64,000 bases of DNA from Fistulifera solaris (lineage: Eukaryota): positions 124,001 through 188,000 of the forward strand of contig AP026154.1 of assembly GCA_030295235.1 (NCBI GenBank), written 5' to 3'. The translations under genes were made by a program, and so were the position numbers. Every line of letters starts with the position of its first letter. Position 1 is the first letter of the stretch. Below the pieces are notes generated by a model. That model was not told the DNA's origin. It was given only the letters and a program-made list of their open reading frames with translations, and searched no databases. Of this stretch, positions 22,980 through 35,109 are shown in pieces.

Positions 22980-25152
22980 ATGGGAAACAGAGTGAAAGGA
23001 CGCGTGAAGAAGAAGTCTATCAAGGCGGCCCTCAGTTCGGCCGCCGGTAGCAAGCGCAAGCTAACGCGTATGGGAAAGAGGCAGAAAAAAGAACACGGAG
23101 GTCTCGAGGCGACATTTATCGGACGATCGAAATGTATCAAAATGCTACAAATCACAATCAAAGATTTTCGTCGTCTTTGTATTTTAAAGGGAATTTACCC
23201 GAGAGAGCCTATCGGGCGCACGCCGGGGAAAAAGAAAGGTCAAACATTCTATCACATTAAAGATATCAAAGCGATTGCCCATGAGCCGATTCTCCAAAAA
23301 TTCCGCGAGTTCCGTGCGTTTATGAAGAAGGTAAGTAAGGCTTAAGAATGATATTTATTCGCATTAGAACAACAAAAATTTAATCGCATTTGCTCTTCAC
23401 TGCTCAGGTTCGCCGTGCCGCTGGACGCAATGAAATGGACGAAGCCCAACGCAAGAATTCCTTGTTGCCTCAGTACAGCCTTCACCATTTGGTGAAGGAG
23501 CGTTATCCTCGCTTTGTGGATGCCTTGTCGGATCTTGACGACGCATTGACTTTGACTTACTTGTTTGCTTCATTGCCGGCACATTCGAACGTCAACTCCT
23601 CCGTCATCAACAAGGCCAAGAACTTGGCTGCCGCCTGGGGTTCGTATTGTGCCACAACCTCGTGCATTACAAAGTCGTTCATTTCGGTCAAGGGGGTCTA
23701 TTTGGAAGCGACGATTCAGGGAACCGCCATCCGTTGGATTGTCCCCCATGCGTTTACACAGCACCTGCCGAATGATGTGGATTTTCGTGTGATGCGAACC
23801 TTTCTCGAATTTTATGAGACCATGTTGAACTTTGTATTGTTCAAGCTGTACAATGATATTGGAGTCCGTTATCCATTCCCTGCGAAGGAACTTGGCGGTG
23901 AAGTGGTGGGTAACACGAGTGCCGTGTTGGCGAAAACACTACGTGCATTGATGAAAGGTCTCGACAGCAGCAAGGGTGTTGTGAGTCAAGTGGTTACTGA
24001 ATCACTACAGGAGCAACAACAAAATACGGATGAAGGTCGCAAAGCAAAGAGAAGTAAACGCGATAAGGATCTTATCAAATCGGTGGATGTTGCACTCAGC
24101 AAACTTAATGATGAAGAGAGTGAAGAGGAGGACGAAAACAGCGATGACAACGATGCAGAAGATGATGATGTTGATGTTTCTGCTCCACTGCGCGCTGCTC
24201 TCGACCAGGTTGCCGAAGACGAGGCACGTGGTGCGGTGCTTTGTATCGCTGCCGAAGTCGATGATGAAACGGTTAAAAGGAGACGTCTTTTGAAGGACTC
24301 GTCTTTTTCTTTTCACGAGAAATTCCCCGTGGTTACCTTGAGCTGGTGTGCCTCTCTTACGGTGCCAAGGTAGGATGGGAAGCTGAGGACAGTCCGATCT
24401 CGATGAAAGATTTTTCCATCACACATCACGTGGTGGATCGACCCAAGCTCCCGAACAATTATGATTCTTTGCCAAAGTCTCGCGAATTCATTCAACCTCA
24501 GTGGATTTTGGATTCGGCGAACTTCATGTTTTTGTTACCCATCGCGAAATATGGTGTCGGCGTGTCTCTTCCACCACACTTGTCTCCTTGGGTAGACAAT
24601 GAAGAAGAAGGCTACAAACCGGCTTACGCGGAAGAGATTGAAAAGCTAAAGAATGGAGAGGTTTTAGACGACCGTGAGATGGAGGAAGTTTCGTCTGATG
24701 TGCCTGAGATGGAAGATGACGAAGACGAACAGGGCGAGGAAGAGGATGAGCAAAGAGAAGAAGAAGCTTTTGAAGAAGCAGACAGCGACGAAGAGGAGGA
24801 GGAACCTGTCACAAAGCCAATCAGAAAGACCAAGAGCAAGAAAGATCGTCAAAAGGAAGAAGAGGAAGAGGCTCATGCTCTTGCTAAGACCATGATGAGC
24901 CGCAAGGCCGCTCATTTGTACGGTCGTATGCAATATGGTATTGCCGGCAAGCAGGCCAAGATTGATGCACTGCACAAACGCCGCGCGGAGATCGAAAGTT
25001 CTAAGACGAAAGAAAACGGAAAAACTGTCCTGAAACAAAAAGTGGAACGCTTGAAGAAAGAACGGTCGACACTTGAAACGCAGTACGATGCAAGCGGAGG
25101 GACTATGAAGAAGAGCAAAAAAAGAAAAGTCTACGTAGAGCTCCACAAGTAA
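22980..25152 (+). CDS. PES1: Pescadillo homologue (ribosome biogenesis, BRCT)
   Basis: DFRRLCILKGIYPREP, HLVKERYPRFVDALSDLDDAL, ITHHVVDRP..IQPQWILDS..LPPHLSPW. Intron 23331-23407; 1-nt indel near 24290. Confidence 0.95.
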
Positions 25153-25399
25153 AATGGCAAGTAGGATAGCACTTGGCACTTTGGTGTGTACAAAAGGTAT
25201 CAAATCTAGATTGCAATTTATAGCAAGATTAGGTAACGCATGATTACATGATCAACAGAACGATTTATGGATATCGGTCATGCGTCGGAGTAGAACGGCC
25301 CTGCTACCTGCGGTCTCTGTAGTAGTTCCAATCGCGGCTCAAAGCCAAGGGGGAAGTAATACAAACGCACCACGAATGTCTTTCGCATGGTCCGTTCAC

Positions 25400-25789
25400 A
25401 AATAATCCAACAGCGTCATAAGCCACGTATGTCGTAAGTCTCCACAGTAGTTCTGGCAATGCATGCCTTGATTTTATCGAATAAGGAATCGATTGGGATT
25501 GAGCTCAAACATATTTACTACTCCTATTAAGTAAAGTGTATTACAATCGTACCGCGACTATATTTCAGTCATGAGTCAATTTTATTTCGAGCCATACTTT
25601 TACCCAACCTCCATTCGTTTTCCTATCTTGGTAAATGCTGTTATCCTAATGCAAATATCTTTTACAGCCTGCGCAATACACACCTTGATTCTTTCCAGCA
25701 AAAAAAAACCGCGGATCGTTTTCTTCAATATTCACTATAGACTCAAAGTGAAGGCGACCTTTTTCACCACGACTGCTTTTCAGTCATGA
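25400..25789 (-). mobile_element. Head-to-tail dimer of ~215-bp hairpin-headed dispersed element
   Basis: Reverse-strand hairpins at 25767-25789 and 25552-25574 (215 bp apart). Boxes at 25667-25690 and 25456-25473. Interior aligns patchily with 6820-7008. Left boundary approximate. Confidence 0.7.
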
Positions 25790-25904
25790 AGTGCAACGGG
25801 ATGAAATGTATGTACTTGTACGGTACGAGAGGGAAAAATTCACTTGCAAACCTAGTCTCTTTCGATGTAACCAAAAGTAAAACGTCAACTCATAAGTCAT
25901 ATAC

Positions 25905-26651
25905 ATGTCACCTTCTATTGAAAAGGAATTCTTCATCGAAGACACAGAGACAACCGTACGGTACGCTGATTTGAATTCGAATGTCGTAGCTGTCGTGACA
26001 CATCCGTGGACGTTTCTTGGAGGCAATATGCACAACAACGTTGTGGTGGCTGCCGTATTGTATTTCCAGAAACTAGGCATCAGTACAGTCCGCTTCGACT
26101 TTCATGGCAGTGGTATCGGTCGCGGTTACACGCAAGTCGAACAAGTTCGTTCAATAGTTCGAAAAATTGTGAAGCGCGACTTTGATGATAATGGTGATGA
26201 TGATGACAAACAAGAAGATACAGCAACCCATCCTGCGAAACGACCCACCAAAGTCATTCTCATTGGATATTCCTACGGTTCTTTGATTACAGGAAGCGCC
26301 AGTGCGAATATGGACGAATGTATTGCTTCAATTTCTATCGCACCGCCATTTGCGGTGCAGCATTGGTTGTTACTCTTCAATTCCTCCTATCATTTACGAC
26401 AATCGACGCTTGCGGAGCATTTGCCGCGTTTGTTTCTCATGGGCACAAAAGACAATTTTACTTCCGAAAAGGTCTTTCAAAACATGATTGAGACACATTA
26501 TCTGAGCGCTGTAGGTGCGATCGTGCCACACGCCGATCATTTCTTTCATCGTCGCGAAAAGGATGTCATGGATGTTATCGGACAGTGGTTGCTGGAGACA
26601 TTTGCGAGTCACTGTCAAGGAGATTTGCGACGATTGCGGGATTTTCCTTAG
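25905..26651 (+). CDS. Alpha/beta hydrolase
   Basis: THPW..LGGNMHNNVV, VRFDF.GSG, GYSYG nucleophile, GTKDNF, HADHFF catalytic triad. Confidence 0.9.
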   Translation: MSPSIEKEFFIEDTETTVRYADLNSNVVAVVTHPWTFLGGNMHNNVVVAAVLYFQKLGISTVRFDFHGSGIGRGYTQVEQVRSIVRKIVKRDFDDNGDDDDKQEDTATHPAKRPTKVILIGYSYGSLITGSASANMDECIASISIAPPFAVQHWLLLFNSSYHLRQSTLAEHLPRLFLMGTKDNFTSEKVFQNMIETHYLSAVGAIVPHADHFFHRREKDVMDVIGQWLLETFASHCQGDLRRLRDFP

Positions 26652-28208
26652 TCGTATCCATTTTATTCGGGAAAGTGAATGTACGAGGGAATGATCCAGT
26701 TATCGCAATGAAATTGTTCAATCTTGGTAGTTTGGCTTTTCTAAGAGAATGAATGCACGAACAAACGAACGTAGCAGTCCAAAGGAAACTTTGTTTTGAA
26801 AGGCATGGTTTTGTTTCGTTCCTGAGTTGAATCAAAGTGGAATAGGATGCGAGGAGACGACACTCGCTTGATCCCATAATCTGGTATTCACGCGGCTCGT
26901 GTATCGTTTCTAGTTGCGAGATTCGCTGTGACCATTCTCTTCCTCCTCACTTGTCTCGATGGCTAGGCCAAAGAAACAGAACCATACACGGAATTGCTTG
27001 AAAATAGTCATGGTATTAATAGATTACAGAGAAATACATTCAACAAGAAGAAGCATAGAGGAATGATCGAAGAGGAAGAGAAAGAGGATCACGGCGATGA
27101 AAGTCGGAATTTTTGAAGATTTGCGACCGGCGGACTCGAAAGGCTGCAATTGTGAACTGGTGCACACGTGACTTAGAACGGTTTCGGACGTTCTGAGCAT
27201 TTGACGTACCTTGCGAGGAATTTGTGGGTTGCGCTTATCAATTGTTCCGTGGTCGCTCCCCCTCATTGTGGTCAACGAAAGAGTTATCATGCGTATGCCA
27301 GCGATACAACGGTTGATGATTGCGCTTTGTCTTTTATTCACATCGTCCAAACGATTTTGGAAATGATAAAGAATAGCAGGCGCTCAAAATATGGTAAACT
27401 TTCAATATTTGCGGCTCTTGTTACAAATGGACTGTGCTCCGCAAGTAGTTTCAACTCATCGAATCCCATTGGTAGCGAAAGGACCCGCTACGCCCTCCGC
27501 CGCCAACTGATTCACGCAAATCCACTTCCTTCATTGTTACAAGTTATGCGGAGTGACAGCCCATGGATGACGAGATTTAAAGCTGCTTAAGGTATCTAGA
27601 ATAGTTGTCGCTATAGTAGAGACAACTCTTTGTATATTCTAGGCAAAACAGGTACATTTGGTGCTCTTTATTTGTCTTGAAAACAACATCTCATGTCTCC
27701 AAGTTACACATCTTCCACGGCTTGCGACGAAGTAACGAAAACGACCGCTGGCGCGAATGATGGCGGGCACTCAGAATAGACTCTATCCAGCTATGTATGT
27801 CAGTAAACTGCAAATGGCGGAAGCCCTGCGATCCTTAGTCGAAGGGTCGAAAATTTTTTCTGGAAGAAATGCGGTTTTTGGAAACTGCAGGGCATATACG
27901 ACAGATCATTATATGACATTTCGGCTACCCCTCGTAATCTTGTTCGCCGCATAACGTTCTTCACTCAATGCTTCTGGGGAGCATTTCCGTCGGTATATAC
28001 CAAGTGCGCTTGCTACCTTCTGCGCAGTAGCCAACCAGCTGTTGTGAAACTTTAATTTCGCCGCTAACCTTGTGTCGCGGTTTCCCTGACGCCTCCCACC
28101 ATAGGCTCCTATGGCCTTCTCCCGAGGGGCGGTGAGCGGCATTAAAGTCTCCTTAGACTTCAGTGCCCGCTAAACAATCAACATGTTGTATACTTGTTTC
28201 ACCGTTCG

Positions 28209-28438
28209 TTCAGTCCTAGTGATAGCAGAAGTTGATTGCTCTGCTTGCCGCTTATTCGAGATTGTGCATGTTGCTTTCTGTGAGTTTACTTTTCGCTTCA
28301 ATCAAATATATCGTCGAGGATTTCAGTCCTAGTGATAGCAGAAGTTGATTGCTCTGCTTGCCGCTTATTCGAGATTGTGCATGTTGCTTTCTGTGAGTTT
28401 ACTTTTCGCTTCAATCAAATATATCGTCGAGGATTTCA
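28209..28438 (+). repeat. Perfect 113-bp tandem duplication
   Basis: 28209-28321 is identical to 28322-28434, with TTCA microhomology at the junctions. Confidence 0.95.
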
Positions 28439-29188
28439 ACCGCACACGCCTTTGAGGAGAAAAGAATTGTAGACTCTTCGAGTGCTTAAGGTCGTTTTGT
28501 AAAGCTCGAGCGGAGTCACCACTTCCTCACAGAGGCTCCCTTCAACAGATGTACAAAGTATTATATTTCAAGTACGCCGTGTATTGCTCGCACTGCCGCA
28601 ACACACAGACCTGATGACTGCGGATGTTATACTTTGTATTTCGTTAGTCAGACATATCGACCAGTGTTCCGTGTACTTTAATGATGATGGACGCCTTTTC
28701 TATAGCAACCTCGTTCTTATGAACGTTCAAGACCGTAAATACGACAGAAAAACGACATGCAAACACTTGCAAAAAGTTTACGGATTTTACTTAGCCAAAG
28801 GATACGGATTGCATTCAGTAAATCAAAGCCACTTCATGACTATCGAAAATGCTGTAGTGTAGTATCCATACCGAGACTCGGATCTTCATTTGCCAATTAT
28901 GGTTATTCAACTTTTAAGACGGATAACCTTAAGACGTTTTTCAATACCACTGAGCGATTATGGCTTCGGCCTACACCATTTACTATAGTCTTGAAGTGGC
29001 TTTGATTTGTTTAATGTAATCCATGTCGTTTTGGTATGTTAAATCCGTAAAATTACACAAGGGGGAGATTGTAAAGAAAAATACATCCGCCGCCTATTTT
29101 TTTCTTTTTGTTACTGTCCACCAACCATCAAAAGAGATGAAGAGTGGACTACTTGGTTGTAAGAATTAATTCCCTTATTCCTTGAAGA

Positions 29189-30628
29189 ATGAAGCACAGA
29201 TCGTTAGACGCTCGCTTCATTGCTTCTATTTGCAGGAGCTCACGTTGGATGAGCCTTCTACTCGCTTGTCTGTGTTTAACGAATAATCATGTCCTCGGCT
29301 ACCTTCCTTCGAGAAGTCGTCAACATCCTATACAACAATCTGCGTCATTGTTATTCGCGAAAATAAAAAAGTTGCAAGATGCTTTTGATTTATCGGTTAT
29401 TGAAGCCTTTGAACTTGAATTGGAGCAACAAGATACGATGGAAGACGACCACGACGACGACGATGATGACGAACAAATAATCGCCATGCAGTTCAACGAT
29501 GATTCCTCTCCAAGTATGTTAACCTGGCAAGTTCCTCCCGAGTATCACAATACTCGCATCGATGCAGCACTGGCGGCTTGTCTGGTCAACGAATCACGAT
29601 CAGCATGTGGGTCGTTGGTGACCGAAGGATGTGTGCAAGATGGAGTGACACACGAAGTCTTGAATAAAAAGTCGTACAAAGTACAGGAAGGACAAACGTT
29701 ACGCATTAATCTTTCTCAACGCGATGCTAAAGTTCCGACGGATATTCTAGTACCCGAGAACATTCCCCTCGATATTTTGTATGAAGATGAACACATGATT
29801 GTTTTGAACAAAGCCGCGGGCATGGTCGTACATCCAGCTGCTGGAAATTGGAGAGGCACGGTGGTCAACGCACTGGCGTATTATTTGCCGACCAGTCCTT
29901 ACGGAAGTGGAGAATTTATAGCAAACGGATCAATGACAGCCAAAAACAGTAATAACAACGAGGACGGAGAACCGGTTCTGTTTCGTCCAGGAATTGTCCA
30001 TCGTCTCGACAAGGGCACGACCGGTGTCTTGGTGGTGGCAAAAAACAGTCACGCACTCACATCTCTCTCCGAAGCATTCGCGAATCGCCAAGTGCAAAAA
30101 ACATATCTTGCCATTACCGTGGGGAATCCGGGAAAACAAGTTACCATTGATAAGCCCATCGCACGTCATCCCATTCACCGTCAGCGAATGCGTGTCGTTC
30201 CCGATCCTCATCAACGAGATAGTAGTGGTATGGCACCCAAAGATCGTTTATTACAACAATCATTATCTTCCGGTCGGAGAGCACTTTCGTTTGTTGACAC
30301 ATTGGCCTTTGATGGACAATTGAGTGTTGTACAGGTAAGGATTGCGACCGGACGAACGCATCAGATTCGTGTTCATTTGCAAGATCGACATACACCGATT
30401 TACGGTGATGATGTCTACGGATTGAAGGATTGGAATGACAGACTGTTTAAAACACAGCAAATCCGTGATCGTCCGTTGTTGCATGCCTATAAGCTGCAAA
30501 TTGAACATCCTGTCACGGGTCACGTCATGGAATTTCGGGCACCCTTGGCCGAGGATATGTTGCGTGTAGCCAAAACAATATGTCCTCGTGGAGACGATTT
30601 TGAGCATTCTGAAATATTTGAAACGTAG
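29189..30628 (+). CDS. RluA/RluD-family pseudouridine synthase, organelle-targeted
   Basis: S4-like RIDAALA, LDILYEDEHMIVLNKAAGMVVHP, GIVHRLDKGTTG, TGRTHQIRVH, LLHAYKL; hydrophobic N-terminal presequence. Confidence 0.93.
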   Translation: MKHRSLDARFIASICRSSRWMSLLLACLCLTNNHVLGYLPSRSRQHPIQQSASLLFAKIKKLQDAFDLSVIEAFELELEQQDTMEDDHDDDDDDEQIIAMQFNDDSSPSMLTWQVPPEYHNTRIDAALAACLVNESRSACGSLVTEGCVQDGVTHEVLNKKSYKVQEGQTLRINLSQRDAKVPTDILVPENIPLDILYEDEHMIVLNKAAGMVVHPAAGNWRGTVVNALAYYLPTSPYGSGEFIANGSMTAKNSNNNEDGEPVLFRPGIVHRLDKGTTGVLVVAKNSHALTSLSEAFANRQVQKTYLAITVGNPGKQVTIDKPIARHPIHRQRMRVVPDPHQRDSSGMAPKDRLLQQSLSSGRRALSFVDTLAFDGQLSVVQVRIATGRTHQIRVHLQDRHTPIYGDDVYGLKDWNDRLFKTQQIRDRPLLHAYKLQIEHPVTGHVMEFRAPLAEDMLRVAKTICPRGDDFEHSEIFET

Positions 30629-31058
30629 AAGCTAATTGTGAAACATAATCTTGCGGGGGCGCGATCCATGAAAGATTTGGCTTCTTGTATGTTGGATGTA
30701 CAGATACCGTATCAAGCGGTAGGGGCTTCTTAATCATTGAAGCGCTAATATTGTTAAAGGATTTTCGATCGAGTAATTGCAAAGAGACAGAATAATAGCT
30801 AGCATTAATGAGTGTATTAGTTTATCTGATCGCTTGCGGTCGCAACGTACGGTTGCACACATGACGAGGGCGTCCATTTGCATTGTTACAACTATGGAAC
30901 GAGAACGATAAACGAAACAAACCGTCCAAGCCTCTTTGCACTTTTGTGGTCGCTGTCTCTCCTGGGCTAAATTTAGAACCTGAAAATTCGCATGAATAAT
31001 TGTGCTCTACAGTGGACTCAACCGACTTTCATGTCACACGCCTCACTATTATTTGCGA

Positions 31059-32330
31059 TCACGATGCTTCATCACGATCCATGATTCCGTACAATCTTGG
31101 CAAAGCGCTTCGTCGCACATATTGCAACACGTACGCGCTGCTGGTAGGACCCCCAAACCCAAACGTTGGAGACGTGTCGTAATCGTTATCATCATTTTCA
31201 GAAGAGGAAACAAACAGGTTCCCAATCAGTCGTCTCCAAAATCCCGGTTTTGCGAGCTTTTTGATGTCGTCCTGCTTGGCCATCATTGTTTCCACCTCCT
31301 TAACAACATCCGACGACGACGACGACGACGAAGAATCGTCCTGTTCATTTTGTAACAGCCTTTGCTGAATTATACTCGGTTGTTGTTGACCACCATAACT
31401 ATCACACAGTACATGCTTCAAATCCGCCGATTCAATGACATCATCGTTACAACGGTACCACACATTGGATTGAACATCAGGACGCACATAAGCATAGTAA
31501 TGTCCTTCTCCATACTCTCCAACATGCACCACAATGCCTTGCAAATCATAAAACACATCATCTTTTTCGTCAGCCCCACAGAACTGCCCCAAATTCAAAA
31601 CAACCGGAAACACACACGGCGCATTGATTTTCGTGGTGGTTTCCGTATTCCAATCAAAATGAAACCGTTTCAAATGCAATTGCAAGATCGGTGGCAAAGA
31701 CGCGGATTGCAATTGAATTCCTTTCTGGGCATCGATCGCCGGTGCCCCCTTTTCTGGTCGCCAACCATTTCCTTCCGTCGCTTTGAGTAGCTCCGGTTGT
31801 ACCAGTTGCGTCAATGCTTCTTCGAGAGTCGGTTGAACATCGAGTGATAAATCCAAAAACGCTTCTTCTTTGCGTCGTTCTCGTTGGGATCCATCAAGCG
31901 CGACAATATAGTCTTGATACGCTCCTTGATACAAATCCGACAATGCGGACGATTGTACGGCCGGCAACAACAGTTTCCAAAATTCTTGTGAGTCTTGTTG
32001 TTGCCATATGGGGATACCAAGGGCTTGACAAAAGGCGCGAGGGGATGTGGTGGTTGTGGAGGTAGACATGTCACGAAACAAATCTCGTAACGCTGTGTGC
32101 GCGGTAGAGGATGACGGTTGATCTTTGTTGTCGCCGTCATGATCCGATTGCAATACAATATTTCGTACTTGAGGTATGTGATATGCACATTGAATTTGGG
32201 CGTTGAGATAACACGTATTGCCCAAATTTTGCAATGCTGGTGGAGGACGATTGCCGTACGCCGATGTTGAGAGAACGAGGAGCGTCGCGCACACCAGTTG
32301 ACGAGAAGGAATGATGATTCGAAAGAGCAT
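31059..32330 (-). CDS. Ubiquitin-specific protease (peptidase C19) with signal-peptide-like N-terminus
   Basis: Cys box LQNLGNTCYLNAQIQ, QQDSQEF, LHLKRF, His box VVHVGEYGEGHYYAY, CNDD, SAYVLQY. Confidence 0.92.
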   Translation of the reverse strand: MLFRIIIPSRQLVCATLLVLSTSAYGNRPPPALQNLGNTCYLNAQIQCAYHIPQVRNIVLQSDHDGDNKDQPSSSTAHTALRDLFRDMSTSTTTTSPRAFCQALGIPIWQQQDSQEFWKLLLPAVQSSALSDLYQGAYQDYIVALDGSQRERRKEEAFLDLSLDVQPTLEEALTQLVQPELLKATEGNGWRPEKGAPAIDAQKGIQLQSASLPPILQLHLKRFHFDWNTETTTKINAPCVFPVVLNLGQFCGADEKDDVFYDLQGIVVHVGEYGEGHYYAYVRPDVQSNVWYRCNDDVIESADLKHVLCDSYGGQQQPSIIQQRLLQNEQDDSSSSSSSSDVVKEVETMMAKQDDIKKLAKPGFWRRLIGNLFVSSSENDDNDYDTSPTFGFGGPTSSAYVLQYVRRSALPRLYGIMDRDEAS

Positions 32331-32487
32331 GGTACTCGGCACTTATTTAGATATGAATTGGATTGAAGGTAGATGATAAGTTGGTGTCAGAATCATAAAA
32401 GTCGATCACAGTCGATCACAACAAAAGTTTTTAGTCGATCGGCATTCGGCATCCAGTCAATCACGGAAAGCTTACACGTGGCTTTAT

Positions 32488-32600
32488 TCATGACTGAAAT
32501 GCAGTCGTGGTATGATACCCTATCTACGGTAGAGCTACTAGTACCTGGTAAAACGGATAAGTAAACGTTGAAGACAACGATTACCAAGGCATTCTGCCGA
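32488..32600 (+). mobile_element. Hairpin-headed dispersed element
   Basis: TCATGACTGAAATGCAGTCGTGG (32488-32510). Downstream AGTAAACGTTGAAGACAACGAT resembles AGTGAATATTGAAGAAAACGAT of the 25.7-kb copy. Confidence 0.7.
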
Positions 32601-33348
32601 TGAGAGTAAATTTGAAATAGTACCTGGTACAGCCTTCGTTCAACAAGTTAGGACAACGAGCGGAAACAAGGTACGGACAGGACAACACGTTATGTAGATA
32701 TTGAATGCGGACAACAACGACCCTCAAGACGTTTCGCCGCAAAGAAGAGAATCATAGTTACGTGCATTGCAAAGACTGTTGATTGTTGATGATGAATGCA
32801 TTGTCATTGTCACAAAAGTATTTTTATAATCTTGCAAAAGAAACGAGTGTTAGAACGCAGTTTGGCTAGAAATAATCTTGACGCACATTCGGGTACCCCC
32901 ATAGGGATAAAATTCCTACGGCGGCTACACAAATTTGTGTAGACACTCGAAGCGTTGCATTTTTCGTTAGTTTTGCGTATTTCAATCAATTTGATGACGA
33001 TTATCGTTTATTTGCACGAAATATATATGTGGGAGAAAGTGACGATGGCATTGGTGCAAAATTGACCCGAAAAGTGGTGTGATCGAAATGTTGATTTTCC
33101 ACTCCTGAAAGCTTACACGTGGCGCACTAAGATGATTGTAGTAAGAAAAGTACCATGGTTGTACACGTTGCTCAACACATCTCGTCATCCTTTCGTTTTG
33201 CGCCCTTTTCTGGCGAAAAACGATGAACGATAAACTCCAAAGCACGCACCTTTTGTTTCATTTTATTTGCATCATCCTCGGTAAGAGAACATCTCTAAAA
33301 GATTGGTGACTCCTCTTTCGGCTGAATTTATTGTTGTCACTGGGAAGA

Positions 33349-35109
33349 ATGACCGACTCGCATCCTACGGAGCAAAGTGACATTATCATGACGGAACATG
33401 ATGCAAAGGAGAAGGAGGAGGAGGACGAAGTTCTGACCGTCGAGCACATGGAAATATCGACGTCGGATGTTGGACAAGAGAAGGAAGAAAAGAACATGGA
33501 GGAAGAAGAGAATGTAAAGGACGAAATCAATCCAGCGGATGATGACAGTGGCAAAGAAGACGACTCCTCTTCGACAACATTGGCGAATGATGATGACGAT
33601 GATGACTTGAGCATCGACAAGGATGCGGATCTCCTGACGACGGAACAAGTCGAAGAACGTTTGATGCAGGCTACGACTTGGAAAGAACAAGGAAATGCTG
33701 CCTTTCAAAAGGGAGATTTGGATCCTGCCGCTCGTGCCTATCGCAAAGGTGTCGCTTTGCTCAAACCCGTACAGCAGCGCCTGCAATTTTTGGATAGTTC
33801 CGTCAACGGCAACGCTGAACAGGAACAATACAAGTCATTGTCGGTGGCGTTACAAACCAATCTCAGTATGGTATGTTACAAGCAACAGAAATATTCACAT
33901 GCTCTCAAAGTGGCGTCGCAGGCCTTGTCGTTGGATCCGACCAACATCAAAGCTCTCTACCGAAGAGCTCTGGCGCATCGGGCTTTGGGAAATTGGGACG
34001 ATGCTCGTACCGATTTGAAACAGGCCTTACAGCAAGATCCCAACAATACGGCGTGCAAAAAAGAACTCGTATCGCTTAAACAACAAATGGATGGTTTGAA
34101 ATCATCACAGAAAAAGGCTCTCGCGAAAGCGTTCTCCTCCAAGTCATCGTCCTTTCTCTATGACGACAAGGAAGCCGCCGAACAACGTAAATTAGAACAG
34201 CAACAAAAACAAAAGAAAATGGAACAGGAATTATACAAGAAACGCAAAGCACAATGGGAAGATGAATGTGTGCAGCGCATGGCCAAAAATGAACCGGCGA
34301 TATCCTTTGAAGATTGGGAAAAGGAACAAAAAGAAATCGAAGAGGCGGAAAAGAAACAAGAGGAACAGAAACGAAAAGAAGAAGAAAAGAAACGTCGGGA
34401 GGAACGCAAACAAGCGGAAGCGCAACGCAAAAAAAGAGAAAAAGAATGACAAAGATGACGATAGTGATGATGATGCTTTAACGGAAGAAGAACTCAAAAT
34501 GATGCGTGGATACAAAAGACCAAGGATGGACGAACCACGAGTTACTTTACACGAGAGTTATCGGCGGAAGAAAAGCAGCAGTTGGGTGACATGGCGCCGA
34601 AACGACTGGATGAAGTAGCGCCACTACCCGCACGCTTGCCCGTGGCAACACCGACGGCGACCGCCGCGGCATCGAAATGGAACCAGGCGGGTACATGGGA
34701 AGAAAAGGACACTACTGCATGGTGTAAGGAGAGTTTGCAGCAACGTCTCAAAGATACGACGGTAGAGGATAGCAGACTGGAAGTCTCAATTTCGAAAGTA
34801 GATGAGTTGACGGGAGATGCGTCGGTTGCGATCACGGGCGGAAAGAAACGATACATTTTTGATTTCCATGTCAAACTCAAATACGAAATGAAAGAAACAG
34901 GCACCGATGACGTGATTGCCAAGGGTAGTGTAGCCTTACCCGACATTTGCAGTGGTCATCATGAAGAAATTGAAATCAATTTCTCGGCGTGGAGTAAAAA
35001 GCCTCCGTCTTCATTGACAACATTTGCCCAAGACATGCAAAAGCGCTTGGCAGAACAATTGCGCGCCAACATCCAGGCCTGGGTGGTAGATTTCAATGCA
35101 CAATATTAG
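33349..35109 (+). CDS. TPR plus Aha1-N domain Hsp90 co-chaperone
   Basis: TPRs WKEQGNAAFQKG, NLSMVCYK, KALYRRA, then a coiled coil and SKWNQAGTWEEKDTTAWC..GDASV...GKKRYIFDF. Two homopolymer indels near 34435 and 34515. Confidence 0.85.

Noticed and set aside
27900..28000. RNase MRP/P-like motif (minus strand GGAAATGCTCCCC ... GAGGGG)
   Set aside because: The match is poor and the spacing is far too short for the P4 pseudoknot.
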